DNA of 64,000 nt, taken from NCBI GenBank assembly GCA_040954595.2, contig CM082593.2:2391830-2455829 (forward strand), given 5' to 3'. Each line of letters starts with the position of its first letter. Positions within the stretch are counted from its first letter, which is position 1. Under the pieces are notes generated by a model that was given only the letters and a program-made list of their open reading frames with translations, did no database searches and had not been told where the DNA came from. Positions 11,897 to 27,377 of the stretch are shown one piece after another. The DNA is from Balanoglossus misakiensis. Its lineage: Eukaryota > Animalia > Hemichordata. A program made the position numbers and the translations under genes.

Positions 11897-14800
11897 TAAG
11901 CATACAGTCTAATCCAAATATTAATTTAGAACTATTTCACCAATCAAATCAGCCGATGCTGAAAAAATAGTCCATTAAGAAAAAATCATAAAGAAAAGTA
12001 GCTTTAAACCGGTTTGTTTAATATAGAGACCGACCTGAAATACAGGAACCCAGACGACTGAACTATGCCTGAAAAAATTGTGTACCTCTTTAACAAACAT
12101 CTATCGACACCCCGCCTTTCATATTCATTATTTCTCGGAAGAGCGGCAAACATACAAGTCACCAAACGAAGGGAACAAAACAAGGAATCAAAGTAATTGC
12201 CAACACTCCGCAATTCGCAAGATGAATTTCCAAGACCCACAGTGTCAGAACTGTTATAGCCCGCGTGCCTTCGTAAAGGCAACAAAGGGATTCGTGGCCA
12301 TCACGCCGCACCAATAGATTGAAAATAAATTGCTCATTCTGGCAGACACCTGGGACGTAATGGCCGACCACAAAGGAAATCTTTGTGTAACACGCTACAG
12401 ATACACTACATAGAAGATGAAGCAATCATGAATGCTGAAAATAGCAACGTTTCTGATCATTATCCGCCGTAATCCATGAAAAACGCTAATTTCCTGTTTT
12501 TGAGTCGTCGCTTAATGATGTGGGCTATTCGCACACAGTAAGTCAATTAGATCATACTTGTGTATAAACGGAAAAGATGTGACGTAATTCCAATTAAGAC
12601 TGCATTCTGTTTAGGTGTCAACAGCCGCGACACACGTAAACAACATGCCCCTTACTTTGTCAAATAATCAGTCTTTCGCACAAAACAAAATCATCATCAT
12701 TTTGTATACTAGTATGCAAAGTACAGCGAGAATCAGGCATCTCCAGCATCAGCAGAGTACAGTCACATACCCATAGCACAAAGTGTTTCCAAATGGTTTA
12801 TATTTTCATTTCAAATCAATTACATTTACTCAGGATGTTGAAAATCGCCCCCTCTTCGGCAATCCTCCGCGTTTTTAAATGCCACTTAATAAACGCTTAG
12901 AGTTTATTATGGAGTTTATTCGTCGAGTGAATGCAGCGAAATATGTGGTTGATTCCTTCCTTCGAGTCTTGCAGTTTGCATTAATGATTTCTGATGGATA
13001 TTCATTGCCTTGCGAGAAAACGTTAACAAGAAGTGGCGGTATTATTGTGCAGAAACTGGGGCGGTGATTGTGTTAGACTCGCTCCTCAACAAACTGCTAG
13101 TTGTGTACAGCATTGAACACAAAAGCTGTTACTTGTACAGTGTAGATGGTACATGGTGAATGCTTCATTTCTGCTGTAGTTCATGTGTACTTTCCCAATT
13201 GCAGTATTACACGTAGGCCTACATCGTTCCAAACAGTGCGTCATTTCTTATCAAATTTCCAAGTAACTTCGATATAACATGTATTGGTTGGCAGGGTCTC
13301 CCTGTGCAGTGGGAACAATGGCGATGGTGTGTTTATAAACAGAAAAGTCGCACATGCGCAGTTCAGACGACCCTCTCCCTTTAATGTATACAATCAGACG
13401 ATGCGGGATGTGAAGAAATTTTAAACTGCCAGTCACGCGAATCTTCCGGATAGAAGTTCAGAATTTAATGAAAATGTCGTTGTCGCTGTCAATTATGTAG
13501 AAATACGACGTTACTGCAAATGAGTTACGTGTTATTAAAGGCTTACGCAGAATTAGACGCTTGTCTGGGTTTGTTCAGCTCGGATGAATGCGCGAATCGG
13601 GTTAACACGCAATGCGTGTGGAGGAATGAGACTCTCAGTTACTGATAGACATTTCAGGCAGCGGTGTGTTTTCGACTATCACTTTCTCGACTTGGGCTCG
13701 TAACAGTTTAATATCTGCGTTGATCACTGACACTTGACCCCGCAAACCCAGAGGTTAATCTGGTTCACGCTACGCCGTTGGAAAGATTGACTCTGCGTGA
13801 CCTCCCCATTCTGGTTTTATGAGATTCGTAAATTCATTTCATTGTGCAAACTCGGTAGCTGTTCCAAAGACGCATTATTCAAGCAAAAAAGGAGGTTGCA
13901 CTGAAGTTTACAACAGTGTTGAACCCAATCAACCACGTGTCAAATAGGAGTCTATATAGAGCAATATTAAGCATCGTGTTTATGTGAAAAGATATGTCTA
14001 GTAAAATTTTCCATTTTGGGGGACCTATCACGCTGTCATTCTCCCTCTCAAGAGAGCAACGCCACACAGCAAACATTACAGTTTGCGCTCGAAAACACTC
14101 GGTGACGTCATAAGTGGTTTTAAGTGCAAAGGCATGTCAAATTTAGAGAATTACTTTGGTTAGATTTCAATCCATTACGTGGCAAACAACTTAATGGCGA
14201 GATTGAAATTTGTCGTTTGTCAGACCCTTGTAAGACGACGTAACACGGTTGCTCTTACCGTATTCATACGCGTTTATCAGCAAGATTGAACACCATGTCC
14301 TTGAGCAGATTGTCGAGTCCCTTTCTCCCCCCCCCCAATTCCTCATCTTGTTTACACCTAGTTTTCGAGCCTTCGCAAAGTGTTATGTTTTAGTTTTGAT
14401 GCAGATAAACACTTGTATTAACTCTCATGTATATTTTATTGTAGATTTCGACTGTTTTGCTAACTCAAAGGATCAGCCTAGAAATGCAAGGATACGTCGA
14501 CAAACCAGAAAGAGCATCGTTGTTAAGGTAAGTGCAATGCCCTGTCATGTATTCTCATAATCTCCCCGCAAGCGACACCTATCTTATAGACATGCATCAG
14601 TGTGATCAAGTTCTGTCCCCTATCTATCGCATGTTGAAATATTATCCAAGCAAAACATCTTCCAACATCGAGATATACGTCGAGGCAGAACTTTCTGTGT
14701 GCACGGACGGCGATAAGCGAAGTCTCGGTAATCTCGTGCAAATTAATCTCTCTTCCACGTCCAACATTCCACATCAGTCAGCATTATCTTGCAGACAACG

Positions 14801-17800
14801 CTGTCCGAGTCAGACTTTCGTAGAAGTCCCTCGGGTGCAAGCTTTATTGTGATTTCTTGTCCTGCAAAATGGGACGCAGTTGATGAATGGTGAGGATAGC
14901 ACGGAGATTCACAAAACATTCGATTTCATTATGCAATTTCAATCGGCTACGCCTAGACCCAACAAAGAGATGTCTAAAATGCGAAACTCGATTGTCTGAA
15001 TGTGATGAAATCAAAACACGATTCATTAAAATAACGTTATTAATGGTACGGGTTCAGGGAAATGGAAAGCTATTAAGTCAGCGCGTGAGACTCCTGACAA
15101 CGGCGCTTCAATAATAAATCGCTTATCAAGACGAACGTGGTCTGTTAAAAAAACCTGGTGATTAATAGATGACGGACGGGGTTATCAGTTATCTTGTGTT
15201 CTTTTTATTCGACTAGTAAAACCTAGCGGGTTCGATTCGATCCTCTTTGGAACCTCAAAGACTCAATATGCAGCGCCTGAGATAAAATAAGCCATTCTTG
15301 TATTATACCAACCAACTTTGTAATATCACATATTGAGATATCATTATTTCCCTATAGAGATTACATCATTTTCCCAACAGCAGCCTATTAAGAGCGTTAA
15401 GATCACATGAAAGAGAAACGGGGAGTCAGATTTAATTATAATCGCGAGAAAACAATTTTTTCTGTAGCAAGGTCGAAAAACGATAGTTATGGGACCAATA
15501 ATAATTTATTAACCAAAGACGGAATTCGCTTCTTATAAACAGTGGAATCAAAACAGGTTAATTCGAACAAAAAATATAACCCTGGGTGCTTTTTCTTTTG
15601 GCGCCAAGCTGTCTATATTCCGACGACGGATGAAACTCTGACGGCCTTGTTGCAGATTTGTAAAATGTGGGATGTTTGAAAACTAACGCCTGTGGATATT
15701 ACGGCACTGCATGTTTTAATAAAGTAATAAGCATATCTCCATGAACATAAATCTTTAATTAAGTAGGGATTAAATAAAACTCAAAATTTGAATGTGGAGA
15801 CGATCTTTTATTTTTATTTTTTTTTAGTGGGGGCAAAGGGAGAGACAAGAGTCAGCAGGTTAGTGAAGGGTAGACGCTCTCCGATTGTTTTCATCTTTAG
15901 AGAATAACGCAAACGTCTTTTAGATTTTAATGCTAGAGTATTAATTTTGAGTTATATAGTCATTTTATCATAGTGAGTGACCTATAAGAAAAGCCGTGTA
16001 ATCTTTATTTCACAGAGAAAAGTCTCGACGAAGCCCGCGATGTACCGGCGCATTCGACCTTAATCTGTTTTATCCGCTAACTATGTATACAGTACGCACA
16101 AAGTCACAGGCAAGATTTATGCGAGCAATTTATATGCCACTGGTTAAAGTGAAAGTGAATTGGACGAATGCAGAGGGAAATTATTTTAAATGCCTGAATA
16201 ATTTACACTTTGTTTCAATTACGTTGATTTGTTATAGGTGAATGGTTTTTAATATAAACGTAAATCATAGTGAACGCCCACAACCAGCTATTTACGTCAC
16301 TTGCATATAAACAGCGAGATATGGCTGCCAGGGTAAAAAAGAAACACGAAAAAGAGAATTAAGATTAAGCTCACTTTGGCTTTTTTCGAGTTCTGCCCAA
16401 GAGCGTGAAACGATCCGTACTTGATGCAATTTCAAGCGTCAAATAGTGTTTCTACTCAAATAGACAGAAAGTTTTCATTCTGATGAGGGGTGGGGGGGGG
16501 GTTCATAAGACATAAAACTCGTTTGGGAATGGTTTCACTCGTTTGCACAGATTTTAACATTGGAATAATTCATTTGTGATCAAAACCACACTGAGGAAGA
16601 TTGCTGTGTTACCTGTAATCTTTTACTAAATCGTTCACGTAGGCACAGATCATGACGAGTCCATATTTCTAATAAGTCTGCCAAATTGTGGCGCCGATCA
16701 TTAGACAAGCGGCCTACAAACAGTCGGCAGTACCTCAGAATCTGCGCTCCTATTACCGGCCATTTTGGAGCAATTTTCTGTCAACCATACCCTTTTGTCT
16801 CTTAAGGATGCAATTTTAGTATAATTTGCCAGATCCTGGAGATAACTTGTTTAAGGAGCATCTAAGTGTAATGTCTTCAAGTCGGCTCATTAGCGTGTGT
16901 TCCCTTCCATATCACGAGAGATGAACAAACCGCGAATGTGATCAAAACTTGCATTTCTGCGAAAAGGATAGGTTCCAACTGCTTTGACAAGAAACCATCG
17001 CTATCTTCAAGAGAGGCAACGTAACATCCAGAAACCTTTGAAGAGCTCCATGCTTGAAAGTCAATATCTCACTTGCCCTGCAGCGCGTTCTTTCGATTAA
17101 GCTTGCATACTTAGCTGGTTTAGATTCTGGAACCCAGTGGCGGGAACGCTGCTGAAGGCCATCTGACCTTTCTATTACCTAGAATGGAAATGAATGGTGT
17201 TCAGATGGAATATCTTAATCGATAAGATTAATGTTTTAAAGGAAAGCACCGTCACGACGTGGAAATAGTCAGCCCGTTGTCTAAAATAATCCCTAAGCGT
17301 GTATGCGTACGTCTTATTTTTGTAATACCAGTCAGTTGGTTAAAGATGATGATAATCGCCTAGCTTCACCCTCCTATATTCTAACTGCACATTTCTCAAG
17401 TAGTACACTGCAGTCACGTTCCGTACGTGCTGAACAGTCGACGACCCTAGAAGCAACCCTGAATTAATTAAAATCAGACTCCCAGGTTCGTCCTTATAAA
17501 AGTTGCCGAAACGCTATCTTGTTATGGTTTTAGAAGTTGATTTGGAGATAACACACACACTGTTCGTGTTACAAGACTCTTGAAGAGCTATAGTTGCTTC
17601 TTTGTACTTTCCTTGCCGCAAAAATTCCTACTTGAGTTAGTATCATGTTAGTCTCGCTTGGAATAATCGTAATGGTTTTAGATGGCACCTTTTCAGGCAA
17701 AACCTATTTGAATTCAATTCCGGTATGAACCAGTGTTACTCAAACATTTTATTTTCACAATATAATATTTTCAGTAATTATCTTGGATTGAAAATATAAT

Positions 17801-20800
17801 CTCACTTTTGAACGGCGCCGTCTTTTTGAAAGCTACGAATGATTACTAGGCCAAGGACGATGTCCACATGAATCTACTTCAGCGAGAGCGCCCATAAAGA
17901 AATAACACTCGATATTTATCTTTGCCTGGCATCTGAAACTGACGCGAACGCCGCACTCACGACTACAAGGCATGATCTGATATCGATGACGCGTTCTTTA
18001 TTTCACGTAAATGTTAGGGGTAAATTATCAAAAATTGGTGCTATAGAAAGGCGCAGTGACCAGATGAGAATAACCAGACTGAGATTATTCAATTATGTTG
18101 GATATTTACCCCCTCAATCCAAGCCATGGGAGTTCTTGCTGTATTCCCGACCAGCTGATAGAAAATAACGGTTCTATGCATTTGCATCTCTTGAGTACGG
18201 AAGCATTACGATCAGTGGAAACATCTCCTCCATACATCGACGATGGATGGAGGGGTTTGTAAATTACTTATTATTACACAGACGCGTGTAAATTATAAGT
18301 TTCGTCTCAATATTTTGCCACCTTTAATAGACACCGACGCGCTACTACCCCGTTCCGCTGTCTAAGCTTTCCGGGGGATGTTTACATGATCATGTTTTTC
18401 ATGAGTTGGATCAAAGACATCGATTCTCACTTGCGTCACACTGAAGCAGGCAACACGCCGCATTGTCGTCAGAAACTAAGGTTTCACAAACACATTTCAA
18501 GAAACGTTCGAAATCGTTGAAGTATTTTTTAAAACGAAATCGGGTTTCGGTTGTAAACACAATTGTAATGGACGTAAAACTAGACGTAGCCATATAAACG
18601 CAGTTTGTGATTTGAGTACTAAGCGCTTAATATCACAGATGTTCCGATCGAAGCACGAGAAATGAGACTACTCGCAATAGAATGAACACAGAAAGCGAGA
18701 CAGCTGTTTGTAAATTTGAGTGCACAACATTCTTTGGGTGCACACCGCACAAATGTAGGTGCATCAAAACGCAGCCTCTAGGGCTTCATATAGCGTATAG
18801 TGATCATAGTCATACCAAATTCATAGACTGGACAAAGAGATTTAGGTGGGTGATTATGTCTACTGGTACTAAAGAATTGACGTATTCTTGTAGATAGTAT
18901 TGAACACTGATAAATCGAAAGCACTGGAGAAAACTAGAATCACGCACGTCTTTTGTCAGATTCGCGCGAGCTCATCGAACCCATCTAAATAGAACCGGGC
19001 ATCCCATCAAACGCAAAAACAGGACGCGTGCCGCTGAAAGCGATCAATATCGCGCACTGTATTAAAAAGCAATTGAAAACAGGCCGAGAATCGACCACTA
19101 CCACTACTTTTGTATACTTAGAATTGATTTATCTCTTTCTGTCTGGTTCGCAGAGACAGTTTTCGACGTGCTTACAGTAAGAGACGCGCGTGTTGTCAAT
19201 ACTTTTAGGAGCGAAATCCTCTCAGGGTTTGTAAAACAAAATGGCCGCTGTCAGGATTTCGGACAGCCGCTGATTGGCTGATCCGCCAGTATGACCTGGG
19301 TCACCGCAGCGGTAGCACCCAAAGAAGTCTGTTTGAGCCTACATCTCAGTACAGTGGGCAAACAACTTGTGGCGTGACTAAATGCGCATTAATAAATAAT
19401 CGCAGCTGTGCATCGGTTCGACTTGAAGTGTGCGTCGGCTTTAGTGGCTATCACAGATCGACGGCTCACACTTCAATGTACACGAGTAGGCCCTGGCTAT
19501 CGATTTTATCTCTACGTATTTTATTGAAAACATCAACATAGAAAAGCCTTCTCAAATAGAAATGGAATTAAGTCGTAGTTTCAAGAGGATGCTCATCATT
19601 ACCATCCAATAAAAATGACAGCGTAGTCTTATAAATGAAATCAGCTTTCATCCTCGGGGAAAGCTCGCTTATCTTAAACAAATTGACCCCAAAAGCCGAG
19701 TTAATTCTGTCACCGCTTCGTTTACCATGGCAGGGGCTTCCGGAAAGTCACTCGTTTCAAATGTGGTATTAATGGAAACCATTAATATACAATAAGCTGT
19801 TGATTATTTTAAACAGTGAACTTGCCGATCGGAATTTAGCTCCTTGTTTATCCTGCCCAGCTAAACTGAAAAAAATTAAATCACAAATAGGTAAACATCA
19901 GATGGCGGATACAGAGTGTTCGCTACTGATATACGTACATGCAAATTAGGCGTGGTGTTTCACATTTTCTCTGGATGGACATATTTTAGGGCTATGTGTG
20001 ACAACGCACAAATGGCATGTTTATACCACAACAACATTAGGAAGGCCGTATCGAAATATTGATCAGTGATACTAGTATTCGATAAACCACACGGAAGAGG
20101 CATCGCGTCCCTGGAGGCGCAGAGACATCCTTGATGCTTAACCGGAAAAGAAAAAAAATGCAGCAGGAAACGAAACGCGAATGAAGGGCAGCATTTTATC
20201 GGTAGTACTCGACACAAGAAAGATGGACGGTATCTTGTGTTAATAATATTCTAAGATATTAAATAGAACGTTCAGTTAGTTTCCAGAGCCTCAAGTAATC
20301 ATGATTTTATAAAACAGAAAAAAAACATTCTTCTCAGAGAATAATGATTGTAAATTATCTGATGTGACATATCCCACGATAAATACAATTGAAATAATAC
20401 GCCATGACCAATACATACATCAAGTACATGTATTGCACAATACCTGGCAGATATAGACTGATGTGAACATTGCTAGTAACATACTCATTACGCTCCAACG
20501 TTTGTTAACAAATGGAATCAGAAGTGCGTAAATTGAGAAGTAATGCACTGTATTGTCCCAGTTACCATGCCAACGAGTCGAGAGAATGTTGATTGATTGC
20601 GAAATTACGAGAATGGCGTTGGGTGTACTATAGTAAAGCAAAGTCGAGCGTGAAATTGGCGTGTAATAATTCTAGTTTTAATGTTCATTTCTATTGCTAT
20701 TGTCATGCCAACAACGGCACCATTAAACAAGATCATCTTATTTGCTTTGAACATGATGTTGGCTAGAGCAATTTATGGCAGGCAGCCAAATTACGGATAA

Positions 20801-21475
20801 TTCACGAGTCAAGGCACACTGCCGTCAATCAAAATTCAGGCGCATTGCCAGATCTTGTCCATTGTAAGTCAACATGAAAGGTGCATATTGCAATGATTTG
20901 GTGGGGCCGTGTAGAAAACATAACATGAAACACAAAATACACATGCTTAGAAAACAGTCATAGATTGCAGCCCTCATTCCTTTTAAGTGAAACTTGCATT
21001 CAGGCGGGTCATGGAAACTGACCAGACAGGTAATCACGTTCGTAGTATTTTACTTAAATTAATTCTTGCTATGAGATCTCTCTTTAATATTTGAAATTGA
21101 TAAAAAAAATAAGTAACCGAAATTGAATGGGTTTTACCCATTGCAATTACGGTGTCGAAAGGAAGTATGCGGGCGGGATGTAATCCCCGAACCGAAGGGT
21201 TAGGATTTTAATAACAAATACTTCGAAGATGCTCAGGGGTTAGATGCATCTAGCTAAGTGCTGCAGCAGCTCTGCGTGCTTTCCCTATTAAAGTCTGTCG
21301 ACCAGGGAACTCGCGTGTGGATCACAATCCTCAGAAACTTGCATCTATTCCCGTGCAAAGAGCGCGTCAGGAATAAATCTCGACTTATTGAAGGGAGACG
21401 TCTCAGGCTAGATCACTTCTATTATATGAGATACCATACCTGGGCTACCTCATTATTTCAGTCACTGGCACAAAC

Positions 21476-21485
21476 TCTCGCGAGA
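21476..21485. promoter_or_regulatory. TCTCGCGAGA palindrome, possible promoter of a plus-strand transcript
   Basis: Perfect motif followed about 190 bp later by a consensus donor CAG|gtaaga at 21673. Confidence 0.4.
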
Positions 21486-23892
21486 TTTTAGGACTGCTGT
21501 GCTGGTTTAAACGAACGTGACACAGCTCGTCACGTTATATTTGCTGTAGCTGGCAGATGCTCTCACTGCGTGGTGTGTGCTGCGCCAGTCAATCGAATGT
21601 TTTGTTGAGTGGCGAAGAGTAACCATCTTAGAAGTTCGTAATTACGCCAGTTCAGTATCATAAAAATCTCAGGTAAGATTACTCCCCGTTCCACACTTTC
21701 CCGTGCGATCTGGCGCTCTTCACTCGCAATACACCGTCGTTGTGCGTCGGTTTTTAATGATCGCTTGTTTAGGAGTCTTCTGCCAATACTATAACAGTAT
21801 CATTCGAATTCAATTTTGATCAATAAGCCTGCTAATTAGCGGCGGTGACCACTTTCGTGACCTGTCTGGTTGACTCTGTTTCCATACCATCCTCCTTGCT
21901 GTTTTTGCTTCCACAAACACGTCTTTGCCGTCCAGGATCGAAATCGGGCACAGCACTTACATTATGACTTTATCATTAGCGACGGCTGCATCCGAATATC
22001 GATTACCATTCTGAACAGAATGGTTGGTATACAATTTCCGCAATTCGAATCTTTATCACGTAGTTAAAGGTAGTCACCCGTCCGTGTTCCAATCCATTAA
22101 AAGTTAATACCAGCGGTTGTGTGCCGAGTCTTATTCAGTCCCTGGAATATAAAATTCGCAAATCATAATTTTAGTGCCTTCACGTTAATCTGTACCTCGA
22201 GCACTGTTTACGACTGCTGGTGTAATTTCCGCGACTTGCGTTTACAACAGAGCGACATATCAGTGGGTGTTTTGACGGAAGGAAGCAAAAACACTCGACT
22301 ATGTAGAAAGTACGCGTAATGCTTTGCCTTGATGTGTCCTCCCCTGTGGTTATATACAACTTAACTCATTTTGACATATTGAATCTGACAGTCACAAAAA
22401 TGCACATAACTTCAGCACAAACATATGTCAATCTCGAGAAGATTAATGTGGATCTAGCTATAAAGAGCTTATGCACTTTGAATAAATGACGTCATTTGTC
22501 GTGTCTTGTACAACGGCCACATGTGGCATGTTTGGAGGTTGCTAATGTTCAACACTCATGATACTTATTTCAGGCTTGTACTCTCAAAGCCAATGTAGAT
22601 CCTGATGGTGTAAGCGTACATGCCGAACCACTTGACGTCGGATTCGGAAGCTTTGAACTTCAGAGAACAGATTCTTTGGCAACAAAGAATCTTCTTGACT
22701 GTAGATATAAACATTGCTGTTAGAGCAGGGCCTTCGAATCCCCTAAAAGAAGATTTGACATCAATATAATACATGCATTTAATGTTACCTGATCCTTTTA
22801 CAAAACGTGACTACATCAACTTCGCGTATAGTCCATTGTGTGCGCTACAAGCACTCAGATATGTTTTAATTTTCTTTTTAATGAAAAAATCACATCTAAG
22901 CTGATATCGCAATTTTCTGTGTCGCTTAAAAGCGAATCACCCGAGTACGTATGACATGGATTTCGCTTTCACTGCTCCGAGTAATTCATGAATTAAAGGA
23001 ACCATGGCACACGGTGATTCACTATTTTGTATTTACCAGAAACCCCGCGGGGCATGTCTTCTAATACGGTTCCATTCACGGGCCAACGTGATCATCTAAA
23101 GCTATGTTGACCGATAAGGAAAACGGAGCTTTCAGATAAATTTTAGGGACATGCCACAGATATTTTGGCGGGGGGGGGGGGGGCGAGAATGTTGGTATCT
23201 TGCCTGAAAAATATTTTCGTTTCATATTTGCGTTGTGTCATAGGGGTTGCGGTTGTATTTGGCCTTGATCATATTAACTTGAGTCACACTTTTGCATTTA
23301 GATGTCCAAATATCAACCTGTCCGCGTCTGTTTACAATAGATCCATCTCGTGTACTCGTCCATTGGTTCTCGCCTTAAGAAAACTTCATTTACATGCAGC
23401 ACACGTACGGTATATTCGTATATAGTAAAGGTGACCCCAATAAAAGTAACGAGTTACATATTCCATAACAATATAGTTTTAGAGAGTCGACCGCAATCGC
23501 ATGCTCAGTGCACAGTGTTTATGGGAGACATTTAGCCCTATGAAATGCAAGTAAGCTTCTTAACACCTGATCTCCCGGAGCACAGTTCAACGTGGGCACT
23601 ATCAGCGCTTCAATAAAAAACACGCGCGCCGGCAACACTTCTTTGAACGTCTGTTGCAATTTGCAAGGCAACAGTGATTTACGGTTTCTTTTGCATAAGC
23701 CGACATCGTTTATATCTTGTATTTTATTCGTTTTGTAATATTCGTAACAAAACACCATTTGAATTTCTTCCATGTAAGCATGCTCTACTGGTTTAGTACA
23801 GAGGCAAAGCGAAGATGTAACAATCTTCTTTCATCTTGGAACAGAGAAACAAAAATGATGACTAGATAGATGAGTTTCCTCCCATTGAGAGA

Positions 23893-23902
23893 TCTCGCGA
23901 GA
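23893..23902. promoter_or_regulatory. TCTCGCGAGA palindrome
   Basis: Perfect motif in context gagagatctcgcgagac. Confidence 0.35.
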
Positions 23903-25872
23903 CTTGCCATACGGCGTTGTGTGACATTTTCTGGGTTAAAATTGCCACGATGTCAAAATAATATAAATCCGTCTATCAACAACAGTTGGAGTCAATGTTT
24001 CAACAACTTCATCAAATTCCCATCGCCCTGCGACGGCTAAAGGCTGCGTAACACTACAAACGTCAGGGGCGATGATGTCACAATGTGGAGTTGATTGAAA
24101 GCAAACTAAGATAATGTAGTATCGGCTTGATTGCATTTGAATAGGAAAAAGCAGGAAAGAAAGCTCCTTGAATACTCTAAATGAGATTGATCTCCCTTCA
24201 AGGTTTCTGGTTTCGAAATTAAAGTGCCGGTGTAAGGATTCCCTCAAGAACAGAACCGAGAGAATAAATTCAATTGCGCAGAGACGACGGGTCGCTGCAG
24301 AATCCATCAACTATTATTCAATCTTGGAAATACACACTGGCAGCAAGATACTGCTTTTTCTTCAGACTGATTTACAAACGTAATATATAACCTTGATTGA
24401 AGGCATATCCACTGCATTCAAAATGAACGCTGCATGCTATTGCCTCATCAGATCACCAAAATATGCGTGTAGTAATTGTCTCGACATTCAGGACTAGTTT
24501 GTAATGATTGTGAAAAGACATTTTATACTAGACGGGATAGACAGTCATCTGAATTCTTCAAGCTTTTAGTCATCTGTCGTATTTTTATTTTCGATATTGT
24601 TTATGAATCATAGCCAAAATTATCCACATACAGTAGCGTAAATGTGCAAACTCATATCGTCACTATCAATTACAGTCGACATATGTGCCGTCGATGGCTC
24701 TGATGAATATTATTGAATGTAATAGGAGTAACCTTGGAGGTCGTTGAACTACAGTGATAGTCTCTGAATAATAACCACATTTTGAATAATTGCGTCTTGC
24801 CATTATTGGACACCGCATGCGATTTCTCTCCTTTATCTACTTTGCCCACTTCAAATTATACATGCGATTTTGTGACCTATCGCGCAGATTAGCCTGGCTT
24901 GCATACTTTTAACTCAATACCGGTCATATTAACTTTGAAAGGTTCTCAGAAGTCATAAGACCATTTCATAATAAACATCTGCTGTCTGTGGTCATTATTG
25001 TCAAAATGTCTTATCTCAATATAATTCCGGCTTGAATATAAAATTATATCTATATATAGTGTATATGTGTCGGGAGGTACTACAATTAATTGCATTATGT
25101 ATATAAGTCTACAAATGAGGGAATGAGCTAACTGCACAGTTTGAATCTTTTAACGACTTTCATATAATTTATTTCACGACCGTGTCTCCCAGTGAGGTGA
25201 TTATCGTTAAGACTTCGAAATAACTTGCCGTGACACAGCTTATCACTCGCACGTAGAACGATTAAGATAAAGAGATTCGCTGTATAGTCGGCGGAATATG
25301 CCTGCTTCACAATACTTGACACTTCCATACGAACACCAATGTTAAAGGCTGAAGTGTATCACGAAAAGGATCATTGACGTATTCTCTGCCTTCTCCTCAA
25401 AAGGTGGTCATATTCACAGCCAATCATAGCCATTCATACTGCCGTAGGCTCTTTGAAATGGAAAAGGAAGTATTTGAGAATGGTCAGGATCACTGGTTCA
25501 AAATCTCATTAGTGTCCAAGTTGAATGTACAAGCTGAGCGCGTGTTTTGTGTCTGTGGGAGAGGGTTGACGTCTACCAGATTCCACTAACGAGCTGATAT
25601 GAGTACTTCATGAATACCACTGAATGTGAACTTTGTTAATACTATAGGATATTGATATTAAAATCTCCGGCGAATATTAATTATTAATTATAAATATGAT
25701 CTGAGAGTTTACGTCAATTGACGTTATATGAATCGTTTCAAGTAAGATGAAGTTTTACACCTTGAGGGCTTAGTCGACGTCAGATGGATCAGGAAAACAT
25801 ACAATGACGTCATATTAAGACAAAGGTGTACGCGTGGTTGTATCTTTCACAGAAAACCCCTATGTCGCATTT

Positions 25873-25874
<2 letters not shown>

Positions 25875-25925
<51 letters not shown>
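25875..25925. repeat. (AG)n microsatellite followed by a poly-G run
   Basis: Directly visible. Confidence 0.97.
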
Positions 25926-27377
25926 TGCTACACATTGATAGAATTCAAAATGGCTGATGCTTGAATAATAACCAGACGCGCATTTTGTTCGTATTACAGA
26001 TCTGCACCTCTGAAGATTATCTGTTAGATGATCAGATGTCATACGGGAGTACTTGACTTTTATCGCACACGGCAACTTCGCTGTTTTGGAATACGGAGAA
26101 TGGTTCACGGGTAATCATAGGTATGTGGATCGTCAGCTGGACCACGGGCATACAAAAAAACTCCTTTGAGTAAACAGATCTATTGGATCACAACCAGAAA
26201 CTGCTCCTGGAGTCGTTTTTACAAGACTTTAAATACCCCGAGGCGCGAATGGTAGACTGTATGAATCGTATTCAAACCAAGACCGAGCGTTGAATGGCGA
26301 ACACACGCCAGCTCTGGTAATGCCGCGTGCTACTAATAGCGAGGCTTACATCTTCCCTGGATTTAATTCGTGACGGCACGCAGCGTGTGATTAAACTTTG
26401 AAATATCACGAAGTGTATGGATTCATTGCTTATCCAGAATCCCTGCACCCAGAGATACCGAAGCCCTCTAACTCCTCGCCAATTAGTACTCTGTTTTTCC
26501 CAGTAATTTACCTTTCGAGATCGACTTAACGGAGATAAAGAACAAACACGCAAATGGAAAACCCTGCGTCGCATTCGCTCCAGCGTGGCTTCTGAATATC
26601 AATGACAAATTACCCACTTCGCGCTGTTGGACTCAAGGCTCTTCGCGAATTCTGCGAAGTATTCGAATACACGATCTGATGACTTGTGTCATTTTTCACT
26701 CTCGTCTTCAGTCCTAGCTCTGATTCTACAGCGGTAAAGGTGAGTTTCATATTTCCTACCCCTCTTCAAAGAAAATTATATACGTATATGTACTAATGGT
26801 TAAGTTGCGTAAACATTTAGAAAGTTTCTCATCTGTTGTCTGTGCAAGAACGAGACGACTCTCCTCACGGGTACGGAACGCCGCCATTTTCTCAGCAATT
26901 TGTTTTGTGTCACATGACAAGAACCGCATCTCGTGAGATCTCGCAGATCGCATTGGTCGGAAAAATCATCTTGTCTATTAATTGTTATGGTATGACACGG
27001 CTACAAATTTTGCTGATCACTCGTAAACTTAACAAACTCGGTACAAAGTTGTCTATTCCTGTCAGCCTACGACTTTCAAACTGTTGAGTTTATCAGCTGT
27101 GTAGCTTGCTGTAGCACAAATTTTAAATTTTCACGAACTGCCCCAGGAGAAAACTGGCAACCAACACGAAACTTGGTGAGTCGTGTAGTATTACGACATG
27201 TCAAACGTGTGGCGCTGACGGCTACGTGGCAGTATGTACAACATCGACAGAAACTTGTGTTTTGTAAACTTATAGAAGGTGAGCGTTACGTGCTGAACAA
27301 CCGACTTTGTGACGTGCCTGTTTTTTCGAGATAGATATTTGATATTCTATATCAATATTGCAGGTCACCAAACAAAG

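Noticed and set aside
19449-19470. TATCACAG resembling the miR-2 family 5' end
   Set aside because: The rest of the sequence does not match and the 8-mer lies in the loop side of the hairpin
23936-24310. 124-aa minus-strand ORF
   Set aside because: No recognisable domain or convincing splice sites
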